A stretch of 32,000 nt of DNA. Origin: Candidatus Hermodarchaeota archaeon (GTDB lineage Archaea > Asgardarchaeota > Heimdallarchaeia > Hodarchaeales > Hodarchaeaceae). Position numbers and translations under genes: made by a program. The DNA lies in assembly GCA_048886185.1 (NCBI GenBank), contig JBHLKY010000018.1, positions 1 through 32,000 on the forward strand, written 5' to 3'. A model generated the notes under the pieces. It searched no databases. It worked only from the letters and a program-made list of their open reading frames with translations, and had not been told where the DNA came from. Below, piece by piece: positions 27,854 through 32,000 of the stretch; the stretch's first letter is position 1; each line of letters starts with the position of its first letter.

Positions 27854-28136
27854 GCAGCAAGAGATTTATTTTTTTAAAATTTTCATTCACTGATATTAGG
27901 AACTTTAAATCTCATAATATGACTACAACAACATGATTAGGGTGGAATAATCCTCATTGAAGTTCGTTATTATTCGATTATTGAATATTTAGGACATCAA
28001 GGGAGTAGAATAGAAGAAATGACTAAATCATGCAGGGTAAGATTTTAAGCCAAGAATAAGCAAGAAATTACTTCGAACCACCCCCTACAAAGCTTTTTGA
28101 AAAAAAACATCTATCTTCAGATGTTGGCTGCATTAA

Positions 28137-29294
28137 ATGGGTTCATTAGAAAGAAAAATTGAAATCTTAGGTGATGCGAGTAAATTCGATGTTTGTGCTT
28201 CGATGGCTTCACCAAGAAATGTGTCTGGAGTAAATCGAATCGGTAATCCGGATAAAGTGGGGATATGTCATGCTTTCGCCCCTGATGGCCGATGTATAAG
28301 TCTTTTCAAAGTACTCATGACTAATCACTGCATTTATGACTGTAAGTATTGTGTAAACAGCTGTGGTAAAGCCAAAGAAAAGGTTATGTTTGAACCTGTG
28401 GAGTTAGCGCGAGCTTTTACAGGCCTCTATATTCGAAACTATGTTGAAGGGTTATTCTTGTCATCGGGAGTCTGGAGAAGTGCAACTGAGACAACAGAGA
28501 AAATGATTGAGGCACTTATGCTCATTCGTCATAAATATCATTTTCAGGGGTACATTCACCTAAAGATCCTGCCAGGAACTGATAAAGAATATATCTATCA
28601 GCTGATGGAGCTAGCTGATCGTGTTAGTCTTAATGTAGAGTTACCTAGTGCTTCCCGTCTTAATGAAGTTTCTAGTATGAAAAATTATGATACAGATATC
28701 ATTAGGTGCCAAGAAATTATCTATCAATACATTAAAAAAGGATTAGTACCAGCAGGTCAGACAACACAATTCATTATTGGAACAACTGAAGAATCTGATC
28801 AAGAGATCGTTGAAAGACTGTATTGGGAGTACAAACGATTAGATTTAAAAAGAGCATACTTTTCTGCATTCACACCAATCAAAGGTACACCATTAGAGGA
28901 TAAAAAAGTATCAGAGACATATCACCAGAGAAGGGAAAATTTCCTCTACAGGGTAGATTGGTTATTTCGGCGATATAAATATGAAATTGAGAGTATTTAT
29001 TCGATTATGACTGATCAAGGAATGATTCCTCTGAATATCGACCCAAAGATCTTACTTGCCCTGAATGATGATATTTTTCCATTAGATGTAAATAAAGCTT
29101 CTTATTCGGAGTTATTAAGGGTTCCTGGGATTGGAGAAGTTTCCGCTAGACGTATCATTAATTTAAGAAAAGTGAACAACAAAATTCACAGTTATAAAGA
29201 TTTACAGAGATTAGGTGTTGTGGTTAGGCGCGCTAAATCATTTCTTACTATTAATGGCAAAAGGCAGACAAGAATAAGGGAATTTTTTCAATAA
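28137..29294 (+). CDS. Putative DNA modification/repair radical SAM protein (TIGR03916-type) with a C-terminal helix-hairpin-helix
   Basis: KIEILGDASKFDVC, GICHAFAPDGRCISLFKVLMTNH, CIYDCKYC (CxxxCxxC) and VNKASYSELLRVPGIG. Confidence 0.93.
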   Translation: MGSLERKIEILGDASKFDVCASMASPRNVSGVNRIGNPDKVGICHAFAPDGRCISLFKVLMTNHCIYDCKYCVNSCGKAKEKVMFEPVELARAFTGLYIRNYVEGLFLSSGVWRSATETTEKMIEALMLIRHKYHFQGYIHLKILPGTDKEYIYQLMELADRVSLNVELPSASRLNEVSSMKNYDTDIIRCQEIIYQYIKKGLVPAGQTTQFIIGTTEESDQEIVERLYWEYKRLDLKRAYFSAFTPIKGTPLEDKKVSETYHQRRENFLYRVDWLFRRYKYEIESIYSIMTDQGMIPLNIDPKILLALNDDIFPLDVNKASYSELLRVPGIGEVSARRIINLRKVNNKIHSYKDLQRLGVVVRRAKSFLTINGKRQTRIREFFQ

Positions 29295-29302
29295 GGATCC
29301 TG

Positions 29303-29914
29303 GTGCTTATAGTGTTTAGAAAAATCACAAGAAAACAAGTTTTAGATTCATTATCAAGGCATAAAAATGCTACAACAGAACTTTTAGAGAATGTAAAACT
29401 TATTCCAAAAGAAATACTTGAAAATATTGGAACAGATGTAGCTAAAAGGGCTGTAGCAATGAGTCAAGAAGTAGATAGGGATCTTCATTCTCACAAAGCC
29501 TTCTTACGTCTCTCTGCATCCCCATATGGCATATTATATGCAAAATCAGATAGAATGAAACATTATAATGAAGAGCATCTAATTAAGTTCTTTCATACTA
29601 GGTTTCCTACCTTTATAATTCTATTTGAATCGAAAAGAGGGACTTTTTCAATCAACCAGGATTCAATAATAGAAAATTCAACTAAATCATTAGATGAGGC
29701 TCTTCAGGAGTATGAAAAAAAACTCCCGATCAATCCTTTATTTATAAACTCTGATGAAAGGGAATACCTAGAATTATGGGAAAGCTTTGCCCATTCCCAA
29801 ATAATTAGAGGTAGAAGAACATCAAAACAATTGATCAGTTTATCGAAAAGATGGGGAGGAACAGTAGCAAAAGATAAAACTGAATCCAAGAAATTAGATG
29901 AATTTTTTGAATAG
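29303..29914 (+). CDS. DUF4130 (TIGR03915-type) partner of the radical SAM protein
   Basis: EVDRDLHSHKAFLRL, ILYAK, FFHTRFP and YLELWESF motifs, 8 nt after the radical SAM gene as in the known gene pair. Confidence 0.8.
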   Translation: MLIVFRKITRKQVLDSLSRHKNATTELLENVKLIPKEILENIGTDVAKRAVAMSQEVDRDLHSHKAFLRLSASPYGILYAKSDRMKHYNEEHLIKFFHTRFPTFIILFESKRGTFSINQDSIIENSTKSLDEALQEYEKKLPINPLFINSDEREYLELWESFAHSQIIRGRRTSKQLISLSKRWGGTVAKDKTESKKLDEFFE

Positions 29915-29938
29915 TAATTAGGAGTATTTGGTGAGGGT

Positions 29939-32000
29939 CTATTCTTCAGCTTCAGAAAAAGGAATGAATATCCTAAAAGAGGTTCCTTTGATATCCGATT
30001 GTACGGATACCTCCCATCCATGAGCCTCAATTATTTTTCGTACAATTGATAAACCAAGTCCCATACTATCTTTGAGGGTTGTGAATCCATAATTAAAAAT
30101 TCTTTTCTGGACCTCACGGGGGATCGGAATACCATCGTTACGAATGTGGATTTCCAAATATTTATCAGCTTGAACTAATTTAATTTTAATTGTATTTGGT
30201 TTTCCATGAATTATTGCATTTTCAAATATGTTTTTAAATACTTGGGCTAATCTCTCTTGATCACACATCACAGTTGGTAAATTATCGTGGTAAAAATTGA
30301 CATTCTTTGGAATTGTGGTCTCAGCAATTCTTTCCACTAAAACATTCAAATCTATATTATCATCTTTATTAACAGCTAATCCTGCATCTGCTAAAGAGAG
30401 AGAACGTGTTAATAGTCCTTTCATATACTCGATTTGTTTACTTATGATATGAGTCTCATCATATTCAAGGTCAAGTAATTGAGTGTATCCTTCGATAGTA
30501 GTAAGGCAATTGTTTATGTCATGTGCAATAAAATGAGCAAACTCACTTAATTCTTCCTTTTGTCTAATTAATTTTTCTTCCGCTAATTTCCTCTCAGTAA
30601 TATCCCTCAAAATCCCTATAAAGTTGGTTGGATTACCCATTCTATCAAATATAACAGCAACACTTAAATCAGCTGGAAAAATAGCCTGGTCTTTTTTGAT
30701 CATTGAATACTCAAGATTTCTAATACTCCCGGTTTTTAAAAGCCTCTGAATATTTTGGGTGGCAAATTCATGATCCTCAGAGACAATAAACTCAAATATA
30801 TTCCTTCCAATCAGTTCTTTCTCATCTGTGGCTCCGTAGAGCTTCACAGCACGATCGTTTACCATAACAATTTTCGAGTTTAAGTCAGTAAGAATTATAG
30901 CATCAGGAGAGAGGTCTATCAGCATTCGATAACGTTCTTCACTTCTTTTAAGTTCTTCCTGTGTCTGGATAAGACTCGTGATGTCTGTTACAATTCCCAG
31001 GATCGCCCTCTCACCCTCAAAATCAATCAATTTTGTTGTTAGAATTCCAGTAATTCGTTTTCCTTCTTTGGATATTAGAATATATTCGATTGGCTCAACT
31101 TCGTCTCCATTTAAATGTTGTTGGAAATTTAAACTGATGGTTTCTCTGTATTCCGGAGCGATCAAGCATTGATAGTCAAAATCAGGAGAATAAAATTCAT
31201 CACAAGTGTAACCTAGGACCTCCTCACATTTTTTGTTTGCATATACAACGAGGCCCTTTTTATTAATGAAAATTAAATTTGGGGATTTTTCTGCTAGAGT
31301 TCTGAATTTTTCCTCAGATTCTTTTAGTGTCTTCTGAGTTTTTTCAAGTTGTGCAATACTTACCCTCAAGGATTTTTCTACTTGTTTTAATTTGGTAATG
31401 TCAATCACTGAAACAATGATTTTTTCTAGTGTTTCTTCATAGCCAGAAACCACTGATAATCTAATGATACAATTAATTTTTTCCCCGGTCAATTTGTATC
31501 CTGGAAACTCACTTTGATAGAAAGTTCTCCCATTATACAAAGCAACAAGCTCCTCTTTAAACAGGCTTGACGCCTCTTCATCAAAAAAGGAACTTAATCC
31601 CGTGAAAAACTCGGTTACGTTTTCTGCATTGTACATTTTCAAAGTGGTATAGTTCACATTTATGATTTTAACCAGTTGTGTGAGTTTTTTGACTTCGTCA
31701 GGATGTTTATTCAGGTACTGGCCTAAATCATCAATCCCTTGGGCCTTTAGTTGATCGAAATACAGCTTTACAGCAGAGAAGTCCTCCTCCCAAAGACTTA
31801 TTGGTGAATCATCAAAAATTGTTCTATAACGTTCCTCACTTTCTCTTAATGCCTTTTGGGTGCGCCTGTGTTTGTCTACCTGCTTGATAACATGACGGAG
31901 TTCACCAAACTGACTCTCCAAATCAAAACTTTTCTCGATATAGTAATTGGCACCTAAGTTTAATGCTTTAATGGCAACTTCTTCTCGGCCTCGACCAGTG
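29939..32000 (-). CDS. Hybrid sensor histidine kinase REC-PAS-PAS-PAS-HisKA-HATPase (5' end outside window)
   Basis: The frame is open to the window edge and reads TGRGREEVAIKALNLGANYYIEK, the end of a receiver domain. Three PAS/PAC domains, H-box AHDINN, N-box NIFENAIIHG, and GLGLSIV. Confidence 0.93.
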   Translation of the reverse strand, partial: TGRGREEVAIKALNLGANYYIEKSFDLESQFGELRHVIKQVDKHRRTQKALRESEERYRTIFDDSPISLWEEDFSAVKLYFDQLKAQGIDDLGQYLNKHPDEVKKLTQLVKIINVNYTTLKMYNAENVTEFFTGLSSFFDEEASSLFKEELVALYNGRTFYQSEFPGYKLTGEKINCIIRLSVVSGYEETLEKIIVSVIDITKLKQVEKSLRVSIAQLEKTQKTLKESEEKFRTLAEKSPNLIFINKKGLVVYANKKCEEVLGYTCDEFYSPDFDYQCLIAPEYRETISLNFQQHLNGDEVEPIEYILISKEGKRITGILTTKLIDFEGERAILGIVTDITSLIQTQEELKRSEERYRMLIDLSPDAIILTDLNSKIVMVNDRAVKLYGATDEKELIGRNIFEFIVSEDHEFATQNIQRLLKTGSIRNLEYSMIKKDQAIFPADLSVAVIFDRMGNPTNFIGILRDITERKLAEEKLIRQKEELSEFAHFIAHDINNCLTTIEGYTQLLDLEYDETHIISKQIEYMKGLLTRSLSLADAGLAVNKDDNIDLNVLVERIAETTIPKNVNFYHDNLPTVMCDQERLAQVFKNIFENAIIHGKPNTIKIKLVQADKYLEIHIRNDGIPIPREVQKRIFNYGFTTLKDSMGLGLSIVRKIIEAHGWEVSVQSDIKGTSFRIFIPFSEAEE

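Noticed and set aside
27854-28136. Possible small ORF or ncRNA in the gap before the radical SAM gene
   Set aside because: Only short frames without a good start, and no stable structure or tRNA-like pattern was seen.
135-31172. Short antisense or overlapping ORFs in the track (e.g. 135-323, 1566-1895, 1982-2221, 3612-3833, 9527-9811, 13491-13766, 16446-16652, 18631-18828, 21942-22199, 26962-27180, 29704-30030, 30978-31172)
   Set aside because: They are shadows of well-supported genes, with no recognisable motifs or start signals.
1-32000. Genome-wide TAG-to-pyrrolysine or TGA recoding
   Set aside because: TAG terminates genes at natural C-termini (4071, 5587, 12711, 14802, 15891, 24716, 26672) and TGA ends several others. 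No pyl or sel genes are in the window. The internal TGA at 23703 lies in an already deleted gene.
1-32000. Prophage, IS element or integrase-bearing island
   Set aside because: No transposase, integrase, terminal inverted repeats or virion genes are recognisable.

Overview
Gene-dense, AT-rich prokaryotic window. It is most likely archaeal and plausibly Asgard (Heimdallarchaeia/Hodarchaeales-like). That assignment is an inference from GGTGA/GGAG Shine-Dalgarno motifs, TATA-like boxes, TrmB and Lrp regulators, an archaeal-style REC-PAS kinase and sequon-rich anchored surface proteins. No rRNA, tRNA, CRISPR array, integrase or transposase was seen. Contents in order: a membrane protein and a start-less secreted-type protein with a discoidin-like domain; a Cys-motif membrane protein; an anchored 7-repeat beta-propeller; an ABC-2 exporter; a repeat-containing hypothetical protein; TrmB plus an NmrA-like oxidoreductase; a 7-blade WD40 gene broken by an in-frame TAG; a lipoprotein; pirin; a Zn-finger protein; two paralogous 8-TM proteins flanking an Lrp gene; an APC/Nramp-like transporter with two tandem ketol-acid reductoisomerase (KARI)-like genes, divergent from a membrane-anchored PHP-type metallohydrolase and a deleted 2-hydroxyacid dehydrogenase; an atypical Fpg/Nei; a cupin; a broken YhhN-like gene; a tandem GNAT; a surface protein; the radical SAM (TIGR03916-type)/DUF4130 pair; and a REC-PAS histidine kinase cut by the window edge. 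Top observation: the two KARI paralogs have lost catalytic residues reciprocally. One keeps every cis (own-subunit) determinant and the other keeps only the trans (partner-subunit) determinants. This predicts an obligate heterodimer with one composite active site, inside a putative catabolic island that is not a branched-chain amino acid operon.
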